A stretch of DNA of 63,177 bases, counting the filler, from Babesia bigemina (Eukaryota): NCBI RefSeq assembly GCF_000981445.1. It is 8 parts of 8 records of this genome, joined end to end, with 100 filler letters (N's around TTAATTAATTAA, not from the genome) between each part and the next. Parts side by side here need not be neighbours in the genome. Positions count along the whole stretch, not along the records: positions 1 to 5,610 come from NW_012237213.1; positions 5,711 to 13,142 come from NW_012237214.1; 6 more parts are not named here. One strand, 5' to 3'. The notes under the pieces were generated by a model. The model did no database searches and was not told the origin of the DNA. It worked only from the letters and a program-made list of their open reading frames with translations. Below, piece by piece: positions 1-9,635 of this stretch (the stretch's first letter is position 1; each line of letters begins with the position of its first letter). The position numbers and the translations under genes were made by a program.

Positions 1-5
1 TTTAT

Positions 6-1718
6 TTACCCATTCCCGTACTTTTTTTCCAAAGAACCCTTTTTTATCCTTTTATTGGGAAGTTCTTGGCGGTATTTGGCCACCTTTTTCAGATTCCCCT
101 GCAACCCTTCCTCTTCTCTCTCACCTTCAGTGCTTTTAACCTGTTTCATAATGGTTCCCAGCAGCTGCTCCTTAATGTACTTTCTCAGTGCACCTTTAAT
201 TTTATCCTTCGTAGTCTTTAATCCAGTCCTAACCGCCCTGTCCAGCTTAAGCACATCAGAGAGCGCTTCCGGCACCAACCTCTCAACACTTTTCTTAGCC
301 GTACTAGCCGCGTCGTAGAGCTTCTGCGCCTTTTGCTTCAACTGCAACGCGGCCTTTTCAACATTCCTCCATTTTTCCGCGTCAGCTCCGGCCTTCTTAG
401 TCCCTGACTGCTCTGTAACCTCCTTCAATATAGCTTTAGACTGCTCAATGCCATACTTTGCAATCTCCGTGGCACGGTCAATCCATTTTTTCAGGTCTGT
501 ATCAACTGACGTTAAAGTTTTTTTTACAGCATTTAGAGGATCGTGTATCTGAACTTTGAATTCATGCCCCAATCTGATTTTCACATCATTCATACGCTCA
601 TCAATTCTTTCATCCACCTTCTGTTTGAGATTTAGCAACTCACTTCCAGCCAAGTCGACTACGTCTTTTAATTCCGTGTTCGCCGCCGCCGCCTCGAACG
701 ATTTCACCTGCAACTTAATTTTATATAACGCATCTTTCAACTTATCTCTAAGCGTCGGATCCAGATTCTCGTACTCATTTTCCGCGGCATCATACGCTCC
801 CGAGATCCACCCAGCATCAGCGATGCAGGCGTCAAGCAACACAGGCACCTTACTAAGTGAGTCACCATATACAGCATTAAGTTTATTAAGTGAATCATGC
901 ATATTATTAAATTTTTCTGTTTTTAAGTATTCTAATGATTTTTTAAGTGCGCTAGTTTTTTTATCTAGCTCCCCATCCCACTCCCCCAGCGCCTCGCTCA
1001 CAGCCTCAACGGCCGCAGACAATCCGCCAGTTTTGTGCATACTGTCTTTAATTTTTTCGAGTGTTTTATCCATCTTAGAATAGTAAGTTGTCACTTCATT
1101 TTCGTTTTTCACCGCTTCAAGCACACCACTCAAAAATCCCATCACCGCATCACACAGCCTGTCCAAGTCAGAGTACACAATCCCAGTGCCGTCGTAGCCT
1201 TTGGAAGATGGGGAGTAACCAAGAAAAGTCTGAAGACCGTCACATAAATGCGTTAAAATATTACTATTAGGGTTATTTCCGAGATCATCAGTAAATGTTT
1301 CAAGCTTATCTTTAAGATCATCAAGTTGTTTCTGACGCTCAGTAATTTCATCATAGGCTTTCTGCTTGGAACCGTCACGGTAATAAGTGTGGTTATTTTG
1401 GCAGCGTTGTTTTTGTTTTTCAAGTTCAGTTATTGGAATTTGAGTTTTAGGATGAACAGAATTTTTAGCGTCCTTGGCTTCCTTAATCAGCCTATCATAA
1501 TACTGGCAAGTGGACTCATTTCCCTTATACTTAACAGGGCATTCAAGTTTAGATTTTTCGGCTTCGAGGGACTTTTCAGCCTTATTTATGGCCTCCTCAA
1601 TCAACTTTTTCAAAGCTTCAGCCAAATGCTTAAGACCATCACCACCATCACCATTCCCATACCTAACCTGGATCAACCAGTCGATGGACTCAGTCAGAAG
1701 GGAAGTGAAGGGTGACAA
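6..1718 (-). CDS. ves1: VESA1-family variant erythrocyte surface antigen, N-terminal part (cut by window start; non-ATG ORF start)
   Basis: Contains ESIDWLIQV and LCDGLQTFLGY..SKGYDGTGIVYSDLDRLCDAVMGFLSG motifs shared with paralogues here. The last ~30 codons look like low-quality contig-end sequence. Confidence 0.8.
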   Translation of the reverse strand: MSPFTSLLTESIDWLIQVRYGNGDGGDGLKHLAEALKKLIEEAINKAEKSLEAEKSKLECPVKYKGNESTCQYYDRLIKEAKDAKNSVHPKTQIPITELEKQKQRCQNNHTYYRDGSKQKAYDEITERQKQLDDLKDKLETFTDDLGNNPNSNILTHLCDGLQTFLGYSPSSKGYDGTGIVYSDLDRLCDAVMGFLSGVLEAVKNENEVTTYYSKMDKTLEKIKDSMHKTGGLSAAVEAVSEALGEWDGELDKKTSALKKSLEYLKTEKFNNMHDSLNKLNAVYGDSLSKVPVLLDACIADAGWISGAYDAAENEYENLDPTLRDKLKDALYKIKLQVKSFEAAAANTELKDVVDLAGSELLNLKQKVDERIDERMNDVKIRLGHEFKVQIHDPLNAVKKTLTSVDTDLKKWIDRATEIAKYGIEQSKAILKEVTEQSGTKKAGADAEKWRNVEKAALQLKQKAQKLYDAASTAKKSVERLVPEALSDVLKLDRAVRTGLKTTKDKIKGALRKYIKEQLLGTIMKQVKSTEGEREEEGLQGNLKKVAKYRQELPNKRIKKGSLEKKYGNG

Positions 1719-1778
1719 GGCACAAGTTATTATTGTGGTCTAAAGAGGTCATAGCGGTATTATGGCGAGGTGATTCGA
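1690..1778 (-). promoter_or_regulatory. Conserved ves 5' leader with short ORF MTSLDHNNNLCLVTLHFPSD* (ATG 1752), out of frame with the ves body
   Basis: The motif tcgaatYacctcgcYataataccgctATGACC.. recurs in front of all six visible ves 5' ends. Regulatory role is inferred. Confidence 0.55.
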
Positions 1779-2388
1779 GCGATGTGGAGTGGATAAAGGG
1801 GCGATGTAGAGTGGATAAAGGGGCGATGTAGAGTGGGTTAGGGAGCGATGGAGAGTGGATAAGGGGCGATGTAGAGTGGGTTAAGGGGCGATGTAGAGTG
1901 GGTTAAGGAACGATGTAGAGTGGGTTAAGGGGCGATGTAGAGTGGGTAAAGGTGCGATGTAGAGTGGATTAGGGAGCGGTGTAGAGTGGGTTAGGGAGCG
2001 ATGTAGAGTGGGTAAAGGAGCGATGTGGAGTGGGTTAGGGGGCGATGTAGAGTGGCTAAAGGAGCGATGTAGAGTGGGTAAAGGGGCGATGTAGAGTGGG
2101 TAAAGGAGCGATGTAGAGTGGATAAAGGGGCGATGTAGAGTGGGTTAAGGAGCGATGTAGAGTGGATAAAGGAGCGATGTAGAGTGGATGAAGGAGCGAT
2201 GTAGAGTGGGTTAGGGAGCGATGTAGAGTGGGTTAAGGAGCGATGTAGCGTTGGTAAAAATGCGATGTAGGGTGGGTAAAGGGGCGATGTAGAGTGGGTT
2301 AAGGGGCGATGTAGAGTGGATAAAGGGGCGATGTGGAGTGGATTAGGGAGCGATGTTGAGTGGATAAACGGGCGATGTAGAGTGGATA
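1779..2388 (+). repeat. ~22-bp tandem satellite GCGATGTAGAGTGG(GTTAGGGA/ATAAAGGG), G-rich on +
   Basis: Direct periodicity (GCGATG at 1801, 1823, ...). Confidence 0.97.
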
Positions 2389-2401
2389 ATAAACACCACT
2401 T

Positions 2402-2449
2402 GTGACCATGTCATCGCTGCCGTGCCCATGTCATCGCTGCCGTGCCCAT
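2402..2449 (+). repeat. 20-bp tandem repeat CCATGTCATCGCTGCCGTGA type (~2 copies)
   Basis: Same unit as the longer array at 51894-52449. Confidence 0.9.
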
Positions 2450-2453
2450 CAAC

Positions 2454-2850
2454 TTGGTCACCACCTTGGTCAGCACATTGGTCACCACTCTGGTCATGGC
2501 ATTGGTCACCACTTTGGTCGTGGCATTGGTCAGGTGGTTGGTCAGCACATTGGTCACCACTTTGGTCATGGCATTGGTCACCACATTGGGCAGCACTTTG
2601 GGCAGCATTTTGGTCATGGCATTGGTCAGCACGTTGGTCAGCACGTTGGTCATGGCATTGGTCAGCACGTTGGTCAACACGTTGGTCAGCACTTTGGTCA
2701 GCACTTTGGTCAGCACATTGGTCAGCACGTTGGTCATGGCATTGGTCAGCACTTTGGTCAGCACATTGGTCAGCACGTTGGTCAGCACTTTGGTCAGCAC
2801 GTTGGTCAGCACGTTGGTCAACACTTTGGGCAGCATCTTGGTCAGCACTT
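2454..2850 (+). repeat. 12-bp tandem repeat TTGGTCAGCACW
   Basis: Direct periodicity. It generates low-complexity 4-aa-period ORFs in several frames. Confidence 0.95.
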
Positions 2851-2973
2851 TAGTTAACTATTACACAATCACATACAACGGTTAATGAGTGATTCAAAAC
2901 ATTAGACAACAATTAGTTGTATAGGTGAGTAGGTGATGCTAGGTGAGTGTAGGCAGTAAACACGTGAGTACGA

Positions 2974-5610
2974 TTATGGTTGCAGATAAAACACCCTGTT
3001 AAGCTTGTTAACACGTGCAGCGGCGAGTAGTGACTGAGCAGCTATACGATGTGATGATGGACTATGTAGATGCGATTTGATGTGGAGCAGGTCGAGGCGG
3101 ATGACCATGATGTGGGTCAGGTAGAGGAAGGAGAGGAGCCAGAGGGCGACGGTGGTCCAGAAGAATTTTTCTCTAATTTTCCAAAGGAAGTTCGGAATGG
3201 TGATATATGTCAAATCGCCAAGAACATTACCCTTTTTCAAAACCTTATTTAATGCGTTGCAGAAGTCTTGGCACGTTCGTTTTGTTTCCGGGCCATATGT
3301 TCCGCTGAGGTTTGATTCGCTCTGAAATACAAATCCGTATTTGCATAATGTCGGACGTGTGAATGGGCACTGAGCAATTGACCTACAGTTTTTAGAATGA
3401 GTGGAGGTATGGGAAACTAAACAGTTCTGGTGACACGTCTTACCATGACACCGTGATCCTGGGGTTTTGCAGTTTTTGCAACACTCTTCGTACAGCTTCT
3501 TGAGTAAATCGTAAAATGCTTCCGTGAGATAGACAATCCAAGTGAGATATTTGTCGGCATTGACTTCGGAGAAAACTGTCCATATATTGTGGCCAAATGG
3601 CTGCATATACCGGCCGCATTCCATTTCAGTTTTGTTACCGTAATCGCACGTAAATAAACTATGCAGCTCACCGTTAACGTGATTACCAGTCCTGTGATCG
3701 CTGCCCTTAAATATCGTGGTTATATCCAAATCTGGATATGCTTCACCGAAATGGGCCTTTGTGACGGCATCATTGAAAGCATAGCATTTATGCGTATTGC
3801 GTTTGCTGTTACTACCATTCCAACCTTTAAGTAGATGATAGTAGAATGAGAACATGTCGTCCAAGGTCTGCGGAGCTCGCTGTAACAAGCACGTAAGTGA
3901 GGCGCAGATTGCAGCCAAGGGTGTATTCGGTGTACCGCATAAAGCTGCTAAAGCCTCTGCGAGGTGCGATCCTTTTTTTGTATGTGACGCCGTTACACTG
4001 ATATCTGCAAAGCCCATTGGAGTTTTGCATGGTATGCCACGATGGTTTGGCGCTTCACAAGTTAGTTTGCAATTGGGTGTTTTGAAGGGGTGAGGGAGAA
4101 ACCCAGGCAGACCATCCTCCAAGAATGACTGCAGAGGCGACTTTATGCCACACTTCGGGTGTTGCTCACACGTTTGGGCAGCGTTTTGGTTACACTTTTG
4201 GGCACCTCTTTGGTTGGCAATTAGGTCAGCGCATTGTATCTCATTGCACTCCCATGACGAACCGCCCACGTGCCGACCATAATAACAATCACGCCACGAC
4301 ACAGCGTTTGATAAACGATGACACTGAACGTATATGAAGTAGAGTTGATTATATAGTCTAATCAGTATTTCTATGCATAGGTCTAGACACTTTGACGGGT
4401 TACTTGGATATGACAACTTGTCCGGGTTCGTATTGAAATCACAGGCGTAACGACCACCTGCGTGTCCGTGGCCTAGTATTGCACACAATACCTCATACGA
4501 ATGATGGCATACCTCCATAAGTGTGGTCGAGAGATTTGCAACGCTGACTTCATGTGGATAAGCTGGCAATGCGTCGGCAGTTTCGTCAACGAAGGATACG
4601 TCCTCACTGTCTGCTGGCGCAGATTGTTCACCCTTATCGAACAAATCGCTAAATGCGTTAAGCGATAGTTGCGGGTACACTTGATTATATGTTAAGCCAC
4701 AGAGCCATGAGAGCATCTGGTAAATGTTGCATGGCAGCTTAGATGACTGTACAGTTGGTAGGTGACAGACAGTGTAGTATTGATTTACATGTTGGAAGAT
4801 GCACGCTATTATATCGATTAGTCCGAAGTTGTACCGTTTCCTATTTGGTCTGCACTGCTTAAGATGTTCATTATAGTGCGCGTTTTGAATATTTTGCGTA
4901 AGGTGACCAAGTATGTTTCTGCCCATCATTTTAGCAGAGCACTGAACCTCGCCATCCTGCCTACCATTCTCACTGCCTAATTTATACCCGCATTTTTGCA
5001 GTAGATCACCTAGCGTGTTTTCCTTGTCATCAGAAGATGCGTATATTTTGAGCCCCCGCAACACAGTCTTTTCAGTCAACTGCGTATACAACTCAGTCAG
5101 GTCATCGGAAAGCATCTTTTGAATTGTCAAGAAGACTTTCACACCATTTCTGCTTTCCTCAGGTGCTTTGTCCGTAAAAGTACCATCCCACGTAATTCCT
5201 TTCGCACAGTCATAAGAGGATATGTATGCCTTCCTCATCTCGTTAACGAAACCGCGCAGACCAACACGTATGCCATCAAGGATGGCAGTGTTCGGATCGG
5301 CAAAATCTTGCGGCGTGAGACCATTGACAGCGTTCATCAGCTCATCGAGTAGACCGGGTATCTTATAGTCATAATAATTCTTGTCGGTGATGTGTTTGAG
5401 TACGTTGCCAAGCGCGGTGTACACAGCTGTGAGCTTCGATGCGTAGGGATCCGGTGTCTTCGGGAGGGAAGGATTCTTCTTTCTGTTCTCTTCATCGTTA
5501 CGCCTAGTGATCTCCTGCTGGAGGTAATGGTTTATTGCGGTGAAAAAATTGTTGAAGGCGAAGGACAGATCACGGACACTTTTTTCTCCTACGAATCAGA
5601 GCTATTCTCG
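2974..5610 (-). CDS. ves1: VESA1-family protein, C-terminal half (5' part lost at gap)
   Basis: GHGHAGGRYACDFNTN, HPKCGIKSPLQSFLEDGL, a Cys-rich region, TM segment and tail MVIRLDLLHIKSHLHSPSSHRIAAQSLLAAARVNKLNRVFYLQP. The frame stays open upstream of 5424 to near the contig end. Confidence 0.85.
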
Positions 5611-5710
5611 NNNNNNNNNNNNNNNNNNNNNNNNNNNNNNNNNNNNNNNNNNNNTTAATTAATTAANNNNNNNNNNNNNNNNNNNNNNNNNNNNNNNNNN
5701 NNNNNNNNNN
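5611..5710. other. Artificial contig linker (44 N, TTAATTAATTAA six-frame stop, 44 N)
   Basis: The identical 100-bp spacer occurs 7 times. Confidence 0.99.
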
Positions 5711-8137
5711 CCTCTGTACACCAACCCCAACGTCCAACTCCTCAGCGATGTCAACACTAATTTCAACAAATTACTCGACCACCTCAAAATCGACACTAAA
5801 CCACCCAGAACACATATATTTGATCATACTTACACCAAAAAGCATGAATCCCTCTCCTCCTCCCTCACCTCTCTCCACCCCTCCGCCTTCGCCAACCCCC
5901 GGCACCCGGAGCTGCTCGATGCGGTCAGAGCGGGGCTGCAGGGGTTTGTGCAGGAGATGGAGCGGGTGTATGTGAACGGGTATGATGGAGGGGAGGATAT
6001 CATAATAGTAGATGCAAGAAATCAAAAAGTAACCGATGACGGCAAAAAATGCGCAAAAGTATGTCTGACATTGTTCTCCACACTTCATCACGTATTAAGT
6101 GTATTAAGGAAATATTGTTATCGCACATGTAAATATATGCAAATTAACAAATCAACTGAACTTGGCAGCTTTTTCAGCAAGCAAGGATACTGTATATCCG
6201 ACCGAGGTGAACAAAACGGTGAATTGCAGGACAAAATTAGTATGCAAGGAACAAAAGTACATAGTTTACTTGCCGGGCAATTAAATACTGTTTACAACTC
6301 CAACAAGGGATTCAAAAATGCTCTTGAAAAGCTTAACGACTACCTTACGGATTATTACCAAGTCAGGCACATCTCCACTTTCACTGCCAAGAGACGACCA
6401 TGCAACGTATTCGAAATGCTCTGTTGGCTCTCTGGGTTACCGTGCAATGCAGTGTATGAAGATATGCTGAGTGGAGCTGTGAGTGACCTATTCGAAGATC
6501 CAAGTAAGCAGGTCGCGGTTGAAGATGAAGGCCATGAAATCACAGTTTCAGACATGAGACAAGACTCCATACCGGCGCACCCGTACAACATGTCATATGA
6601 TGACACGCAAAAAGCAATAACACGTCTTTGCTCGAAATCATACGATGTTCTGGCAAGAATCCTCGGCACCGGAGACGCGTACTCCATGTACGCCGTCGAC
6701 TACTGCAGCAATGCACTAAATCTTCATTACCCGCCTAAAGGTGAAGATTGCCTTCAGCTGCTGCTTGACGTCCTTCACAGATTATTACCGTCGCTTAGAT
6801 TCTTGTATAGGCAATGCGGCGTACGTGCTGCGTACTACGGCTGGGCTGATTGCCATTACGGTAAACAGGTCGGATGTGCCAACTGGCCATGCAAGGATCA
6901 TCCAACTAACAAAGCAGCGTGCGAACCAAACGGTCAAGCAACGTGCCAGGCAAATAGTCAACCAAATTGCCGGCCAACTTCTCCTTTAATGTCTTACCTC
7001 AATGACTGTTTACCCGGTCACTTGCCTCATCAGCTGCGTACCATAGGCTGCAAAACGGAATGCGCAACCTGTCCGAAGTCCAAGCCTGGCATGTCATGTT
7101 TGGTACCGCTTGGGTTTAGGCGTTTCTCCGGCCAGTCACGTACAGGCAAGGAACTGTGTGATACACTGGAGAATTTCTTCTCCAATTCATATATCACAAC
7201 ACTATTTTGCCTTATGCCAAAACCGCCATCTACACTTGCTGAACACATGAGCTTCGCAATGAACTATTTTGGAAAGTGGCAGACGGACACATCAAGAAAT
7301 ATAAACGGTCTTCAAGTAGCATTCGAGAAATCAATGAAGAAGCTATCAATACATCAAGTCGAGGATGCGAGCAACTTGAGAAGTGCGCTCAGAGATATCT
7401 ATGGAACAAAGCACAACAATGAGCCCAGCAAGCTGTCATCTCATCAGGACTCGAAACATGCCGATTTGTGGAGTGTCTGCCTACCTAACGAAACAAAGCC
7501 ATGCTCCGATTTGAAGCACCAATGCGCTCCTTATATCTCCTCAACTTCTTCCGATGCGTACAATTACCTTGCTGAGAAGCATTCAGATCTATACCTCTCA
7601 TGGGCTATATATCTACCGTGGACATTCTACAGCTGCCTGAAATCCTTGCTGGATGCTTTCCAACAAATAGATTGCGGAAGCTCTGGTTGCACTAAATGTT
7701 CATGCAAGCCGGGAACACATGGCGTAGAATTAAACTGCACGTGCAACGCATTGATAAGCTGCCGTGGCGTGACGCCTACATTCTACCAATATGGTTTCAC
7801 ATTTGGATACACTAAAAGCATATACGGTACAGACAGAAAATACTGCCGCAATTTCAACACGCAATTAAGCAACGTGCTTAAATCCGACTACTTCACCAAA
7901 TTATTTGAGGAATGTGACAACTTCTTATGGATCATCAGAGCACCATTCTCCTACCTTGTCTTGGCCCTCTGGCTCCTCTCTTTCCTCTACCTCCTCCACA
8001 TCATGGTCATCCGCCTCGACCTGCTCCACATCAAATCGCATTTGCATAGTCCCTCGAGTCATCGCATAGCTGCTCAATCACTACTCGCTGCTGGACGCGT
8101 TAACAAACTGGGCAAAGTGTTTTATCTACAACCATAA
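5711..8137 (+). CDS. ves1: VESA1-family protein, C-terminal part (5' part lost at gap)
   Basis: Frame is open from the contig start (PLYTNPNV...FANPRHPELLDAV) into ORF 5948-8137. It has the GTGDA/PTSPLMSYLNDCLPGHLPH subtype and the TM + RLDLLHIKSH tail. Confidence 0.85.
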   Translation, partial: PLYTNPNVQLLSDVNTNFNKLLDHLKIDTKPPRTHIFDHTYTKKHESLSSSLTSLHPSAFANPRHPELLDAVRAGLQGFVQEMERVYVNGYDGGEDIIIVDARNQKVTDDGKKCAKVCLTLFSTLHHVLSVLRKYCYRTCKYMQINKSTELGSFFSKQGYCISDRGEQNGELQDKISMQGTKVHSLLAGQLNTVYNSNKGFKNALEKLNDYLTDYYQVRHISTFTAKRRPCNVFEMLCWLSGLPCNAVYEDMLSGAVSDLFEDPSKQVAVEDEGHEITVSDMRQDSIPAHPYNMSYDDTQKAITRLCSKSYDVLARILGTGDAYSMYAVDYCSNALNLHYPPKGEDCLQLLLDVLHRLLPSLRFLYRQCGVRAAYYGWADCHYGKQVGCANWPCKDHPTNKAACEPNGQATCQANSQPNCRPTSPLMSYLNDCLPGHLPHQLRTIGCKTECATCPKSKPGMSCLVPLGFRRFSGQSRTGKELCDTLENFFSNSYITTLFCLMPKPPSTLAEHMSFAMNYFGKWQTDTSRNINGLQVAFEKSMKKLSIHQVEDASNLRSALRDIYGTKHNNEPSKLSSHQDSKHADLWSVCLPNETKPCSDLKHQCAPYISSTSSDAYNYLAEKHSDLYLSWAIYLPWTFYSCLKSLLDAFQQIDCGSSGCTKCSCKPGTHGVELNCTCNALISCRGVTPTFYQYGFTFGYTKSIYGTDRKYCRNFNTQLSNVLKSDYFTKLFEECDNFLWIIRAPFSYLVLALWLLSFLYLLHIMVIRLDLLHIKSHLHSPSSHRIAAQSLLAAGRVNKLGKVFYLQP

Positions 8138-8264
8138 TCGTACTCACGTGTTTACTATCTACACTCACCTAGCATATCACCTACTCACCTATCTAACGGA
8201 TTGTAATCTAATGTTTTGAATCACTCATTAATCATTGTATGTGATTGTGAAGTAGTTAACTAAG

Positions 8265-8840
8265 GTGTTGACCAAGATGCTGACCAATGTGCTGACCAAG
8301 ATGCTGACCAAAGTGTTGACCAATGCCACGACAAAAGTGTTGACCTATGTGGTGACCAATGTGCTGACCAAGGTGTTGACCAACGTGTTGACCAAAGTGC
8401 TGACCAAGTTGCTGACCAAAGTGCTGACCAACGTGATGACCAAAGTGCTGACCAACGTGTTGACCAATGTGCTGACCAACGTGGTGACCTAATGGCTGAC
8501 CAAGATGCTGACCAATGCTCTGACCAAAGTGTTGACCAACGTGCTGACCAATGTGCTGACCAATGTGCTGACCAACGTGGTGACCTAGTGGCTGACCAAT
8601 GCCATGACCAATGTGCTGACCAATGCCATGACCAAAGTGGTGACCAAGGTGCTGACCAAAGTGGTGACCAACGTGATGACCAAAGTGGTGACCTATGTGC
8701 TGACCAAGGTGCTGCCCAAAGTGCTGACCAAAGTGTTGACCAACGTGTTGACCAAGGTGCTGACCAAGGTGCTGACCAAAGTGGTGACCTATGTGCTGAC
8801 CAATGCCATGACCAGAGTGGTGACCAAGCACCTGACCAAC
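8265..8840 (-). repeat. 12-bp tandem repeat (GTGCTGACCAAW on +)
   Basis: Reverse complement of the 2454-2850 unit. It lies ~130 bp after the ves stop. Confidence 0.95.
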
Positions 8841-8842
8841 TA

Positions 8843-9040
8843 ATGGTTACGGCAGCGATGACAGGGACACAGCAGCGATGACATGGTTACGGCAGCGATG
8901 ACAGTTGATGGTTACGGCAGCGGTGACAGTTGATGGTTACGGCAGCGGTGACATGGTCACGGCAGCGATGACATGGTTACGGCAGCGATGTCTTGGTTAC
9001 GGCAGCGATGACATGGTCACGGCAGCGATGACATGGTCAC
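8843..9040 (-). repeat. 20-bp tandem repeat (ACGGCAGCGATGACATGGTY on +)
   Basis: Direct periodicity. Confidence 0.95.
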
Positions 9041-9052
9041 AAGTGGTGATTA

Positions 9053-9395
9053 TCATCCACTCCACATCGCCCCTTTGTCCACTCTACATCGCTCCTTTAT
9101 CCACTCTACATCGCCGCTTAACCCACTCTACATCGCCCCTTTATCCACCCTACATCGCCCCTTTAACCACTCTACATCGCCCCTTTATCCACTCCACATC
9201 GCCCCTTAACCCACTCCACATCGCCTCTTAACCCACTCTACATCGCTCCCTAACCCACTCTACATCGCTCCCTAACCCACTCTACATCGCCCCTTTATCC
9301 ACTCTACATCGCCCCTTATCCACTCCACATCGCCCCTTAACTCACTCCACATCGCCCCTTTATCCACTCTACATCGCTCCTTAATCCACTCCACA
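9053..9395 (-). repeat. ~22-bp satellite, C-rich on + (CCACTCTACATCGC..)
   Basis: Reverse complement of the 1779-2388 unit. Confidence 0.95.
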
Positions 9396-9399
9396 TCCC

Positions 9400-9635
9400 T
9401 CGAATTACCTCGCAATAATACCGCTATGACCTCTTTAAACCATCCTAATAACTTGTGCCTCGTCACCCTTCACTTCCCTTCTTCCACCTCTTGCCACTGC
9501 CATGTGCCATCATGTTCACCCTATCTCCAAATATCTCGAATCAGTTCGTCTTATTAACGCTATGACCTCTTTAAACCATTATAATAACTTGCTGATACTG
9601 ACCATTCTCTTACTGACGATGCTACTAAGAAAGCC
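9400..9635 (+). promoter_or_regulatory. Long-form ves 5' leader (ATG 9426; internal duplicate of cgctATGACCTCTTTAAACCAT near 9560)
   Basis: Homologous to 16975-17209 and 39124-39357. The ATG is in frame with ORF 9636 but separated from it by several TAA codons. Confidence 0.55.

Noticed and set aside
2402..2885. ORFs such as GQHFGQH, VLTKVLTN, WSAHWSA (also near 8256-8881, 22920-23357, 52412-53014)
   Set aside because: They are by-products of a 12-bp repeat that is open in several frames on both strands.
5655..5666. TTAATTAATTAA palindrome repeated 7 times
   Set aside because: It is an artificial six-frame stop linker centred in fixed-length N runs.
5424..5948. Divergent (head-to-head) ves pair as in the B. 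bovis locus of active transcription
   Set aside because: The two fragments are separated by an artificial linker, so their relative orientation is arbitrary.
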